64,000 nt of DNA, taken from positions 141-64,140 of the forward strand of contig JACRKX010000024.1 in NCBI GenBank assembly GCA_016219715.1, in the 5' to 3' direction. The notes under the pieces are model-generated. The model saw only the letters and a program-made list of their open reading frames with translations. It searched no databases and was not told the DNA's origin. Within the stretch, counting starts at the first letter, position 1. Every line of letters begins with the position of its first letter. The position numbers and the translations under genes were made by a program. This DNA comes from Actinomycetota bacterium (lineage in GTDB: Bacteria > Actinomycetota > Thermoleophilia > Solirubrobacterales > JACPNS01). Positions 31,007 to 40,546 of the stretch are shown piece after piece.

Positions 31007-31014
31007 CCGTCGCA

Positions 31015-31028
31015 TAAGGCATTCCTAA
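31015..31028. promoter_or_regulatory. DtxR/IdeR-type operator variant upstream of ferritin
   Basis: TAAGG-CATT-CCTAA, ~106 bp before the ferritin ATG. Confidence 0.6.
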
Positions 31029-31134
31029 GCCCCAATCAGGCTGCCCGAACGGACCGCGTCCGCCCGAGAGGCTGAAATAATCAGTCCAATCGACACTCAA
31101 TCGAGCGAAACGCGACGATCGGATCGGAGAAGCC

Positions 31135-31638
31135 ATGCTCAAGCCAGCACTGCAAGACGCCCTCAACGAACAGGTCAAGAACGAGTTCTACTCGGCAAAC
31201 GTCTACCTGGCGATGGTTGCGTGGTTCGAGGACCAGGGCCTTCCCGGCTTCGCCACCTGGATGCGCGCGCAGTACCACGAGGAGCTCGACCACGGCATGA
31301 AGATCTTCGACTTCATCCTCGACCGTGACGGCAAGGTCGTGATCGAGGCGATCGATGCCCCGCCGCTCGAATACGCCTCGCCGCTAGAGGCTTTCGAGGC
31401 GGCCTACGAGAACGAGAAGAAGGTCAGCAAGATGATCGACGACCTCTACGACCTCGCAAACGCCGAACACGACCACGCGACTCAGGTGATGTTGCAGTGG
31501 TTCATCACCGAACAGGTCGAGGAAGAGGCTTCCACGAAGCTCGCGGTCGACAAGCTCAAGCTCGCCGGCAGCGACAGCGGCGCCTTGTTTGTGCTCGACC
31601 AGCAGTTCGGCGCGCGCCAGCCGGGTCAGGAGGCATAA
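31135..31638 (+). CDS. ftnA: Non-haem ferritin
   Basis: LNEQ..NE.YS...YL.M, EE.DH, E..V...I, WFITEQVEEE ferroxidase motifs. Confidence 0.95.
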   Translation: MLKPALQDALNEQVKNEFYSANVYLAMVAWFEDQGLPGFATWMRAQYHEELDHGMKIFDFILDRDGKVVIEAIDAPPLEYASPLEAFEAAYENEKKVSKMIDDLYDLANAEHDHATQVMLQWFITEQVEEEASTKLAVDKLKLAGSDSGALFVLDQQFGARQPGQEA

Positions 31639-31642
31639 GCGC

Positions 31643-31667
31643 CGGGCGCGGGGCCGACCCGCGCCCG
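31643..31667. terminator. GC hairpin between convergent ferritin and typA
   Basis: CGGGCGCGGG-GCCGA-CCCGCGCCCG 10-bp perfect stem. Confidence 0.65.
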
Positions 31668-31669
31668 CG

Positions 31670-33520
31670 TCAGGCCTTCGCCTTTTCGCGCTCCTTCGCG
31701 CGTTTGCGCTCGTGCGGGATCAGTTCGCGTTTGCGCAGGCGCATCGACGTCGGCGTGACTTCGAGCAGCTCGTCGTTCTCTAGGAAGTCCATGTTCTGTT
31801 CAAGGCTGAAGATCGTCGGCGGTGTTAGCTGGACGACGCCGTCGCTGGCCTTCGAGCGGATGTTGGTGAGCTGCTTGGCCTTGCAGACGTTGATCTCGAG
31901 ATCGTCGCTGCGGCTGTTGAGGCCGATGATCTGTCCCTGGTAGACCTTGTCGGTCGGGTTGATGAACACCGTGCCGCGCTCCTGGGCGTTCTCGAGTGCG
32001 TGGGGGGTGGCCGTGCCCGTCTCGAATGCGATCAGCGCGCCATTGCGCTGCTGCTCGAGCGAGGCGCCGAGCGGCTGGTAACCGCTGTGCAGCGAGTTCA
32101 TCACCGCGGTGCCCTTGGTGTTGGTCATCAAGATGCCGCGCACACCCAGCAGTGCTCGCGTGGGAATCTCATAGGTCAGGCGGGTCAGTCCGCCGCTGAC
32201 GTTGTGCTGGTCCTTCATCACGGCACGGCGCTGGCCGAACTCCGTTTGCACGGCGCCGGAATGCTCGTCGGGCACCTCGATCACGACCTCTTCGACGGGT
32301 TCGAAGATCTCGCCCTCGATCTCGGTGGTCACGACCTGCGGGCGGCCGACTTCGAGCTCGAAACCTTCGCGGCGCATCGTCTCGATCAGCACGCTTAGGT
32401 GGAGTTCGCCGCGGCCGCTGACCAGGAAGCCCTTGTCGTACTGGTCGACGCGCAGTCCGACGTTGGTCTCTAGCTCTTTCCGCAGCCGCTCGGCGATCTG
32501 GCGGCTGGTCGTGAAATCGCCCTCGGTTCCCTTGAAGGGGCTGGTGTTGGGCCCGAGGTAGATGCGCAATGTCGGCGCCTCGACTTCGATCGTCGGCAGC
32601 GCGTCGGGCGCTTCGACGTTGGCGATCGTCTCTCCGATCTGCGCGTCGGCGACGCCGGTCAGTTGAACGATGTCGCCCGCGACGCCCTGGTCGACCGGGA
32701 ACTTGGCGAGACCGTGACTCATGAAGACGTCGCCGACCCGCGACTTGGCGATCTCCCCGTCGCGCTTGACCAGCGCCACCGCGTCACCTGACTTGATCTG
32801 GCCGCGGTTGATGCGGCCGATCGCGTACTTGCCCTTGAACGTGTCCCAGGCCAGCGCAGTGACGAGCATCTGGAACGGCCCGTCTGCCTGCACGCGCGGC
32901 GCCGGGATGTACTCGATGATCGCCTCGAAGAGTGGGGTGAGGTCGGCGTCGACAGAGGAATCGGCGGGAGCCTGAGCCCATGCCTTGCCCTCGCGACCGA
33001 TTGCGTAGAACTCGGGGTAGTGCAGCTGGTCGTCGTCGATGGCCAGCTCGAGGAAGAGGTCGGCCAGTTCGTGCTCGACCTCTTCGATGCGGCTCGCCGG
33101 CTTGTCGATCTTGTTGATCACGACGATCGGCTTGAGGCCGTTCTGCAGTGCCTTGGTCAGCACGAACTTCGTCTGCGGCATCGGGCCTTCCTGGGCGTCG
33201 ACGATCAGCAGACAGCCGTCGGCCATGTTCAGCGTGCGCTCGACCTCGCCGGAGAAGTCGGCGTGGCCGGGGGTGTCGATGATGTTGAGCCGGTAGTCGC
33301 CGTACTCGACGGCGGTCACCTTCGCGGTGATCGTGATTCCGCGCTCTTTCTCCTGGTCGCCGCTGTCCATGATCAGCTCTTGGCTCATCTCGGCCTGGTT
33401 GTCGCGAAAGACCTGCGACTGCTTCAGCAGGTGATCGACCAGGGTGGTCTTACCGTGGTCGACGTGGGCGATGATCGCCAGATTGCGAATCTTGGCGGGG
33501 TCTGTGGGGGGCGCAGCCAT
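31670..33520 (-). CDS. typA: Translational GTPase TypA/BipA
   Basis: [44 protein letters not shown]. Confidence 0.97.
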   Translation of the reverse strand: MAAPPTDPAKIRNLAIIAHVDHGKTTLVDHLLKQSQVFRDNQAEMSQELIMDSGDQEKERGITITAKVTAVEYGDYRLNIIDTPGHADFSGEVERTLNMADGCLLIVDAQEGPMPQTKFVLTKALQNGLKPIVVINKIDKPASRIEEVEHELADLFLELAIDDDQLHYPEFYAIGREGKAWAQAPADSSVDADLTPLFEAIIEYIPAPRVQADGPFQMLVTALAWDTFKGKYAIGRINRGQIKSGDAVALVKRDGEIAKSRVGDVFMSHGLAKFPVDQGVAGDIVQLTGVADAQIGETIANVEAPDALPTIEVEAPTLRIYLGPNTSPFKGTEGDFTTSRQIAERLRKELETNVGLRVDQYDKGFLVSGRGELHLSVLIETMRREGFELEVGRPQVVTTEIEGEIFEPVEEVVIEVPDEHSGAVQTEFGQRRAVMKDQHNVSGGLTRLTYEIPTRALLGVRGILMTNTKGTAVMNSLHSGYQPLGASLEQQRNGALIAFETGTATPHALENAQERGTVFINPTDKVYQGQIIGLNSRSDDLEINVCKAKQLTNIRSKASDGVVQLTPPTIFSLEQNMDFLENDELLEVTPTSMRLRKRELIPHERKRAKEREKAKA

Positions 33521-33602
33521 GCGACTAAGACGGTAGCGGGATGGAGGTTGGGTCGGCGTTCGGTGTGTGAAGTGAGGCGGGGTGGAGGCCTTGAATCGCC
33601 GA

Positions 33603-33713
33603 ATTAACAAATATGTGGTTTATGCATTTCGGATCTAGCCAGGTGCACACCAGCCGCCGATCGACGGCATCGGCGGCCTCGACGGCGATGTTATAAAGCG
33701 CATATTTGTTAAT
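33603..33713. repeat. AT-rich terminal-inverted-repeat element (~111 bp)
   Basis: ATTAACAAATATGTGGTTTAT (33603-33623) and ATAAAGCGCATATTTGTTAAT (33693-33713) are 19/21 complementary. Confidence 0.75.
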
Positions 33714-33769
33714 ACGCCTTGTTGACGGCCTGGTCGGCAGGGCGCACAAGGCCGAATGAGCGGCTGGAC

Positions 33770-34135
33770 CTACTCCTGCTCCTGCGAGAGATGCGGCTCG
33801 AGCACGTCGCTGCCGCGTTCGCCGGTGCGAATGCGAATCGTCTCCTCAACGGGAATGATGAAGATCTTTCCGTCGCCGACTTCGCCTGACTTTGCGTTGT
33901 TGAGGATGATGTCCACGACCTTCTCGACTTCGCTGTCGTCGACGACACACTCGATCTTCAGCTTCGGGCGCAGGTGGATCACAAGCTCGGCGCCGCGGTA
34001 GTGCTCGACCACTCCCTCCTGGCGGCCAGAGCCTTTGACCTCGGCTACGGACATGCTGGGCACACCCACGTCGAGCAGGTCGCGGCGGATCGGGTCGAAT
34101 GCCTCGTGACGGATGAATGCTTCGATCTTTTTCAT
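33770..34135 (-). CDS. glnK: P-II nitrogen regulatory protein
   Basis: MKKIEA.IR, KG.GRQ, YRGAE, GDGKIF, RIRTGE; directly downstream of amt. Confidence 0.93.
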   Translation of the reverse strand: MKKIEAFIRHEAFDPIRRDLLDVGVPSMSVAEVKGSGRQEGVVEHYRGAELVIHLRPKLKIECVVDDSEVEKVVDIILNNAKSGEVGDGKIFIIPVEETIRIRTGERGSDVLEPHLSQEQE

Positions 34136-34194
34136 GCTTGAAAGCTCCTTGACGAGTTGGGTTCAGAAACTATCGGCGTGAACGGCTGGCTGCG

Positions 34195-35673
34195 TCAATG
34201 GCGCGAGGCGATCGCAGCGGCCGTCTGGTAGGAGGTTGCGCCGGGCATGCCGGGATCGGCCAGCTCCGTTGGCGGGATGAAGACCTCGGGGTAGCCGTAC
34301 ATGCCGTGGTCGGAGATGTCGAGTCCGTCGTCTTCCTCGGTGGCGCTGACGCGCATGCCGATCGTCGCCTTGATCGCACCGAAGATCGCGAGGCTCGCGA
34401 CGAATGTGAAAGTCGCGACGATCGCGGCGCCGGCCAGCTGGACGCCGACCTGGCGCAGGCTCCCGGAGTAGACGAGGCCGCCGATGAACTCCTGGCCGTC
34501 TTTCACACCGACTCCGTTGCCCTCGGCGAACCTAGGTAGCGCGAAGATGCCGACGGCGATTGTGCCCCACAATCCCACGGCGCCGTGGGCGATGATCGCG
34601 CCGATCGGGTCGTCGAGCCGTGCGTCGATCCAGCGCAGGCCCTTCACGACGAGCATGCCGCCGATCAAGCCAATCGGAACGGCCGCCCAGACCTCGACGT
34701 AGCCCGACGGCGCCGTGATCGAGACGGCACCCGCGATCGCGCCGTTGCCGATCATCGCGATGTCGAAGTTCCGCTCGTAGATCCAGTTCAGTGCGGCCGC
34801 GCCCAGCACGCCGCAGGCAACCGACATGTTCGTGACCACCGCGACCTCGGCGAAGCGGTTGCCGAGCGCGCCAAAGGTCGAGCCGGCGTTGAAGCCGAAC
34901 CAGCCGAACCAGAGGATCAGTACACCGATGCCGAACATCGGAAGCGAGTGGCCGGGCAGCGGGCGGCTGTGGCCGTCTCTGTACTTACCGCGGCGCGCGC
35001 CGAGCAGCAGGACGCCGGCGAGGCCCGCGACGCCGGCCATCAGGTGGATCGCCGCCGAGCCGGCGAAGTCTTCCATGCCCCACTGCTGCAGGAAGCCGCC
35101 ACCGTAGACCCAATGGGCGACCAGCGGGTAGATGACGGCGCAGAAGAGAAAGCCGTAGACGATGTAGGTGGTGAACTTGACGCGTTCGACCAGCGGGCCC
35201 ATCGCAATGCCGAGCGCCACCGCGGCGAAGGCGAACTGGAACAGGAACTTCGCGTAGATCGACGCGTCTGAGGCGCCCATCGCCGGGAAAGCGGTCAGCG
35301 GATCGTCGAAGCCAGACAGGAAGAATCCGGTCGTGCCGAGGATCTCGCCCGTGCCGTCGCCGCCACCGCCGAATGCGACCGCGAAGCCGATCGTCCAGAA
35401 CGCGATCGCCGCAAGCGCCGCGTTGAAGACGATCTTGGCGACGATCGATCCCGCGTTCTTGCCGCGCACCAGCCCGATCTCGAGCGCGGCGAGGCCGCCG
35501 AGCATCAGGAAGACGAGGAAGGCGCAGATCATCACCCAGAGAGTGTCGATCGCAGAGTTGGATTCGGCGAAGCTGCCGGCGCCATCGGCGGCCGTTGCCA
35601 TGGCCGGAAGCGCGAATAGGGCCAGCAGGGATAGGACAGGCAGCGCGAGCGCGCGGCGACGATGGCGAAGCAA
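34195..35673 (-). CDS. amtB: Ammonium transporter
   Basis: FQFAF, DFAG...IH, WFGWFGFNAGS, DDP....AHG; TTG start with AGGGGG RBS. Confidence 0.95.
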   Translation of the reverse strand: MLRHRRRALALPVLSLLALFALPAMATAADGAGSFAESNSAIDTLWVMICAFLVFLMLGGLAALEIGLVRGKNAGSIVAKIVFNAALAAIAFWTIGFAVAFGGGGDGTGEILGTTGFFLSGFDDPLTAFPAMGASDASIYAKFLFQFAFAAVALGIAMGPLVERVKFTTYIVYGFLFCAVIYPLVAHWVYGGGFLQQWGMEDFAGSAAIHLMAGVAGLAGVLLLGARRGKYRDGHSRPLPGHSLPMFGIGVLILWFGWFGFNAGSTFGALGNRFAEVAVVTNMSVACGVLGAAALNWIYERNFDIAMIGNGAIAGAVSITAPSGYVEVWAAVPIGLIGGMLVVKGLRWIDARLDDPIGAIIAHGAVGLWGTIAVGIFALPRFAEGNGVGVKDGQEFIGGLVYSGSLRQVGVQLAGAAIVATFTFVASLAIFGAIKATIGMRVSATEEDDGLDISDHGMYGYPEVFIPPTELADPGMPGATSYQTAAAIASRH

Positions 35674-35795
35674 GGTGATTCCCCCTGAAAATTGTTCGGA
35701 CCGGGACAGAACAACACCGCGCGTGGGAGGCACGGAAGGGGCAAGTCTAATTGGCGGCTGGCCGGAACCGCGGGCCGGTGCCCGCGCCCGCCTGA

Positions 35796-36284
35796 TCAGG
35801 CGATCTGCTCGATCTTTCCGCCGTGTACGTCGAAGATGAACTCCCCGACTTCGATCCCCTCGGGGAACAGCTCGCAACTGCGTAGTCGCTCGGCGTCGGC
35901 GTGAAGCGTTTGGACCTGATCGTCGATCGTCATGAAGTCGATCTCGGCGGCGGAGTTGCCCGTTGCGGCCGAGACGATCTGCTCGATCGACTGCTGGGTG
36001 TTGTTGGCCACACCGCAGTCGGTGTGCTGCATCAGCGCGATGCGGTTCACGCCAAGCACGTGGGTGGCGATGATCAACGTACGCAGCACGTCGTCGGTGA
36101 CGCGCGCGCCGGCGTTACGGATGATCTTGGCGTCACCGGTTATCAGGCCCAGCGCCTGCAGCGGCTCGATGCGCGAGTCGATGCAGGTGACCACCGCGAG
36201 ACCGCGGCGAGCGCGACCGCTGGCGAGTTCTTCGTGGCCTTCCGCGTAGGCGGCGTTGGCGGTGAGGATGTCGTTGAAGGGCAA
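35796..36284 (-). CDS. Beta-class carbonic anhydrase
   Basis: CIDSR, RNAG, HTDC zinc ligands. Confidence 0.93.
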   Translation of the reverse strand: MPFNDILTANAAYAEGHEELASGRARRGLAVVTCIDSRIEPLQALGLITGDAKIIRNAGARVTDDVLRTLIIATHVLGVNRIALMQHTDCGVANNTQQSIEQIVSAATGNSAAEIDFMTIDDQVQTLHADAERLRSCELFPEGIEVGEFIFDVHGGKIEQIA

Positions 36285-36311
36285 GGTGGCTCTCGGTGAC
36301 GAATTGTTCGA

Positions 36312-36385
<74 letters not shown>

Positions 36386-36542
36386 GTGGCGGTGATCTTA
36401 TGTGCGCCGCAGGCCGGTGTGGGCCATTTGCCGCCATCGGCGCGCGGGGTCAAACTCATTCATGCGGTTTGCAGCAACTTTTTCCGTCCGGAGGTCGATT
36501 CACCGGAAGGAGTACCCCGCGGATACGTCGAAAAACCGGCCC

Positions 36543-37481
36543 ATGAAGCAAGCTGCCGTGCTCGACGCCCCGGCCGACAAGGCCGTCAAGAACAAGACCT
36601 CAGCCAAGGCCGACTCGCCGATCAAGGCGCGCAAGACCGTTAAGCCCGAGGCCGAGAAGCCACTGACCCTCAGTGAGCTGATCCGCTCGCGGCTCGATGG
36701 TTGCTCGCGTGCCCAGCGCGACGTCGCGCTCTACATCATCGACCATCTCGAAGAGTCGGCTTTTCAGACCGCTGAACAACTTGCGGCTCAGGTCCAGACT
36801 TCGTCTTCGACTGTCGTGCGCTTCAGCCAGGCGCTCGGCTTCGAGGGATTCCCCGAACTTCAGACCGCTGCACGCGAGGAGTACCGCGCCGAGCGCCGCG
36901 AGCAGGAGACCGGCGGCAACGGCACGCTCTTCGGGCTCGACCCAACGGCGGCCGAGTCGAGCGTGATGGCCGATCAGATCAACATCGAGGAGACGGCGCG
37001 CCGCATGGACCGCGCCACCTTCGACGCAGCGATCGAGGCGATCACCGGCGCACGCAACATCCTCGTAGTCGGCACCGACCAGATGGCTTTCTTTGCCAGT
37101 TACATGCGGCACATGCTGATGCTGCTCGACCACCGTTGCGAACTTGTGGCGAGCCCATCTCAAGACTCGATCAGCCGTGTGGCGCGGATCGACGAGGACA
37201 CACTTGTGATCACTTTCTGCGCCGGACGCCCGCACACGATCGTCACCCGAGCGATGCGTCTGGCGAACACGCGTGGCGCGAAGTCGATCGCGATCACCGA
37301 CGCGTCGATGAGCGAGATCGCCAAGCTTTCCTCGCATCACATCTACTACTCGTCGACGAGTCCGTCTTTCGTGCGCTCGCACACCGCGCTGCTGGGGATC
37401 GTGCAGGGTCTGGTGCACGGGCTCTACGACAGCAACACCGACGTGTACGGCGGGCGCATTCGCGCCTATCGCGGCAAGTAG
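36543..37481 (+). CDS. MurR/RpiR-family transcriptional regulator
   Basis: HTH S.STVVRF.Q.LGFEGFPEL followed by a SIS domain (IAITD). Confidence 0.9.
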   Translation: MKQAAVLDAPADKAVKNKTSAKADSPIKARKTVKPEAEKPLTLSELIRSRLDGCSRAQRDVALYIIDHLEESAFQTAEQLAAQVQTSSSTVVRFSQALGFEGFPELQTAAREEYRAERREQETGGNGTLFGLDPTAAESSVMADQINIEETARRMDRATFDAAIEAITGARNILVVGTDQMAFFASYMRHMLMLLDHRCELVASPSQDSISRVARIDEDTLVITFCAGRPHTIVTRAMRLANTRGAKSIAITDASMSEIAKLSSHHIYYSSTSPSFVRSHTALLGIVQGLVHGLYDSNTDVYGGRIRAYRGK

Positions 37482-37482
37482 C

Positions 37483-40395
37483 TCAACCCGCCGGCCCCGC
37501 CGCCTTCTCGAACGACACGTTCGTCTGCCTGTCGGACTGCGACGGCGACCAGCTCCAGAGGCTGTACTCGTAGTGCCGGTATCCGCCGGCGAAGTGCAGG
37601 CCCTTCGGTGGTCCGGGCAGCAGCTTGTCCTGGGACTTCCAGCCGGGGTGCTGGTACGGCTCCCATGCGTGGTAGATCACCAGCTGGTCCGGCCGCACGC
37701 AGGCCGATAGCTTCGCGCGAACGATGAACTCGTCGTAGTCGTTGAAGACGCGGATGAAGTCGTGGTCTTCGATACCGCGAACGGCCGCCTCGCCATCGTT
37801 GATGAACGCGAACGGCTCGCCGCGGTGCAGCTTCATCATCTGTTCGCTCGTGTGCCAGACGCCGTGGACGCTCCAGCGCACGTGGCCGCCGGTCAGGCGC
37901 TTGTCGTGGCGGCGACCGCCGATCGACGGGGGCACCTTGTACTTGACGAGGTGCTCGTCGGCCTCGACGAACCAGGGATGGTCGGCCAGCAACTGCATGC
38001 GCCGCGTCGTGGTCTTGTAGGGGATCTTTTGTTCGATCTGGTCGCGGAATGGATAGAGCACCTCTCCGGCGATCTGATCGCTGTTGAGCGCGGCCGACGC
38101 CTGCCACGGCGGCCGTCCGGTCGCCCAGGCGACGCCGTCTTCGCGCAGTGTGTCGAGACCGACGACGCCGTCGCCGTCGACCGACTCGATCCAGCCCATC
38201 TTCGATAGTGAGTGCAGCGCGTCGTCGACCATGCGCTCCTCGTCGGCATCGGTTTCGCCGTATCGCCCCCCGACGGTTGCGCGCCAGTACATCTCATCGA
38301 CCACTATCTCGCGTTCTCCCGCGAAGTAGTTTTCGACGCCGCGCTCCTGGAGGTGCTTCTGGACGGCCTTGACGATGCCCAGCACGATCATGCGATCGGA
38401 CTTCGACTCGGCCAGCATGCCGGCGGCGTTGTCTGTGAAGACCATGAATCGGGTCGTCGCCGTCGTGTACTTGGTGTCGGCGTACTCGTAGTAAGAGGCC
38501 GCGGGCAGCACGTAGTCGCTCATCAGTGCGGTCGTGCTCCAGCGCGTGTCGGCCGTGTAGACGAGCTCGAGCTGCGGCCAGACGTTCTCCTGAAAGCTGC
38601 GTCCGCGGTGCCGGCGTAGTGGGTTCGAGCCGCTGACGAACATCGCTCGCGGCTGCACGTCGGCCGCCGGCTTGTCCCATGGCTCGGTCCATCCCTCGCG
38701 CTTGGCCTCGGCCGCGTAGTCGTCGATCGAGCGTTTGGCGTCAGGATCGTCGAGATGCTCGCGCCAGACGTCTCGGTAGCCGGCGTGATTCATCCAGAAG
38801 TGAATCGGTTGAGCGAGTGTGCCGGCCATCTTCATCAGTTCGCGCATCGCGCCGAAGACGGCCTCGGTGTACGGCATTGACGGGTCCATCTTCACGCGCT
38901 CGCGGTAGTCCTCGATCAACATCAGGATCAAACTCAGCGACGTGCCTACGGGATCGGGCGATTCGATCACTTCCCTGGGCATAGCCGAGACCAGCGGCAT
39001 GCTGGCCAGGAAGTCGAAGCCGGCACTCATGCCGCGCGTGCCGCTGCCGGGCCGGCCGACGTTGCCGGTCAGCGCCATCATGTAACAGAATGCACGCTCG
39101 ACGAGATCGCCGTGGTAGAGCTTGCCGGTGTTCGGGTTGCTGAAAACGAACACCTTGCGTTCGGGACGGCAAGACTCGGCGATGTAGCGCAACTGGCCGG
39201 GGTGCACGCCGGCCATCCGGTGGACTTCCTCGGGCGTGTAGTCGACGAGGCGCTCGGTGAGCATGTTGTAGACGGTCGTCAGTTCGACGGTCGAGCCGTC
39301 GGCCAGCGTGACCGACGTGCGTCCCGTCAGGTCGTAATCGAATGCGAGCTCGAGCGTTCCGGTCGGTATTTTGCGGGCCTCCGAAGTGCTTGCGTCGATC
39401 GCGTAGAACTGTTCGTCGCTGCCGTCCTCGACCAAGTCGGACTCGCGCAGATAGCGCTTCGTGTCGGCGCGCACCGCGATCGGCAGGTCGGTCTGCTCGC
39501 GCATGAAGTCCTTGTCGACCCAGCCCTCGTCGATCAGGATTTTGCAGACTCCCAGCCACAGCGCGGGGTCGGCCGTCCAGTCGACGGGCACCCACTGGTC
39601 GGCGAACTGCGCGGTCGGGTTCTTGTCGGGGCAGATCGAGATGATCCGTGCGCCGCGGTAGCGGGCCTCGAGGAAGTAGTGGATGTCGGGGATGTTCGCG
39701 TAGACCGGGTTGCTGAGCATGATGATCGTGTCCGGCAGGAACCAGTTCTCGATGCCCGAGACGGCCTCGTACTGGCCGAACGTCAGGAAGATCCCCGGGT
39801 TGAAATCTCCGGTCAGGAAGTTGAGGTCGAAGGCCGTGCCGCCGAGCAGTCCCATCAACGCCGGCGCCGTCGCCTCGCCACCGCCGCGCATCACACCGAT
39901 GCCGTTGGCCGAGTGATCGTCGATCAGCGCTTCGGGTCCGTGCTCGATGATGATCTCGGCCAACTTCTGGCCGATCTCATCGAAGGCCGTGTCCCAGCTG
40001 ATCTGCTGCCAGTCACCGCTGCCGCGCTCGCCGACCCGCTTCATCGGATGACGGATCCGGTCGGCGCCGTACATCGCCTTGCTGTGCTGCCCACCCTTCT
40101 GGCAACCTCGCGGGTTGTAGTCGGGCACGCGGTGATCGGGGTCCTCGAACGGCCGGTAGTTGCACGCCAGTTCCTCGCGCACGACCTCGCCGTCTTTGAC
40201 GTACACACGGAACGGACAGCCGCCCGGGTAGCAGTTGACACGGTGCGTACCCCACTTCCAGGAGTCCCACTTCCAGTAGTCCTCGGTCTTGACGGTGACT
40301 GGGCTGACGTGCGATCCAATCGGGCCGTCGTGGCCGGAAGCCACACCTGGCACCGGGGGCCGAGAGGCGTCGTCTCGGTCGGAATCAACACTCAT
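37483..40395 (-). CDS. Molybdopterin oxidoreductase alpha subunit, DMSO-reductase type II (ethylbenzene/steroid-C25 dehydrogenase-like)
   Basis: GTH.VNC....C...NPRGCQKG (His-Cys3 FS0 cluster), P.KRVGERG.G.W..ISWD, GH.RWSVH, YHAWEPYQ; start set at ATG 40395. Confidence 0.9.
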   Translation of the reverse strand: MSVDSDRDDASRPPVPGVASGHDGPIGSHVSPVTVKTEDYWKWDSWKWGTHRVNCYPGGCPFRVYVKDGEVVREELACNYRPFEDPDHRVPDYNPRGCQKGGQHSKAMYGADRIRHPMKRVGERGSGDWQQISWDTAFDEIGQKLAEIIIEHGPEALIDDHSANGIGVMRGGGEATAPALMGLLGGTAFDLNFLTGDFNPGIFLTFGQYEAVSGIENWFLPDTIIMLSNPVYANIPDIHYFLEARYRGARIISICPDKNPTAQFADQWVPVDWTADPALWLGVCKILIDEGWVDKDFMREQTDLPIAVRADTKRYLRESDLVEDGSDEQFYAIDASTSEARKIPTGTLELAFDYDLTGRTSVTLADGSTVELTTVYNMLTERLVDYTPEEVHRMAGVHPGQLRYIAESCRPERKVFVFSNPNTGKLYHGDLVERAFCYMMALTGNVGRPGSGTRGMSAGFDFLASMPLVSAMPREVIESPDPVGTSLSLILMLIEDYRERVKMDPSMPYTEAVFGAMRELMKMAGTLAQPIHFWMNHAGYRDVWREHLDDPDAKRSIDDYAAEAKREGWTEPWDKPAADVQPRAMFVSGSNPLRRHRGRSFQENVWPQLELVYTADTRWSTTALMSDYVLPAASYYEYADTKYTTATTRFMVFTDNAAGMLAESKSDRMIVLGIVKAVQKHLQERGVENYFAGEREIVVDEMYWRATVGGRYGETDADEERMVDDALHSLSKMGWIESVDGDGVVGLDTLREDGVAWATGRPPWQASAALNSDQIAGEVLYPFRDQIEQKIPYKTTTRRMQLLADHPWFVEADEHLVKYKVPPSIGGRRHDKRLTGGHVRWSVHGVWHTSEQMMKLHRGEPFAFINDGEAAVRGIEDHDFIRVFNDYDEFIVRAKLSACVRPDQLVIYHAWEPYQHPGWKSQDKLLPGPPKGLHFAGGYRHYEYSLWSWSPSQSDRQTNVSFEKAAGPAG

Positions 40396-40546
40396 CGCTG
40401 CTCCATTCAGTCGTACGGCAGGCGTGAACGGTGCACAGGGTGATTCCACCCTACCAGTCAGTAGGAATTGCGGGGCGGTTTGTGTGCGGGGCGCATTTTC
40501 GGGCCGGCGGTCACGGGTCGGCCGGTTGTTATTAGACTCCGCGCCA

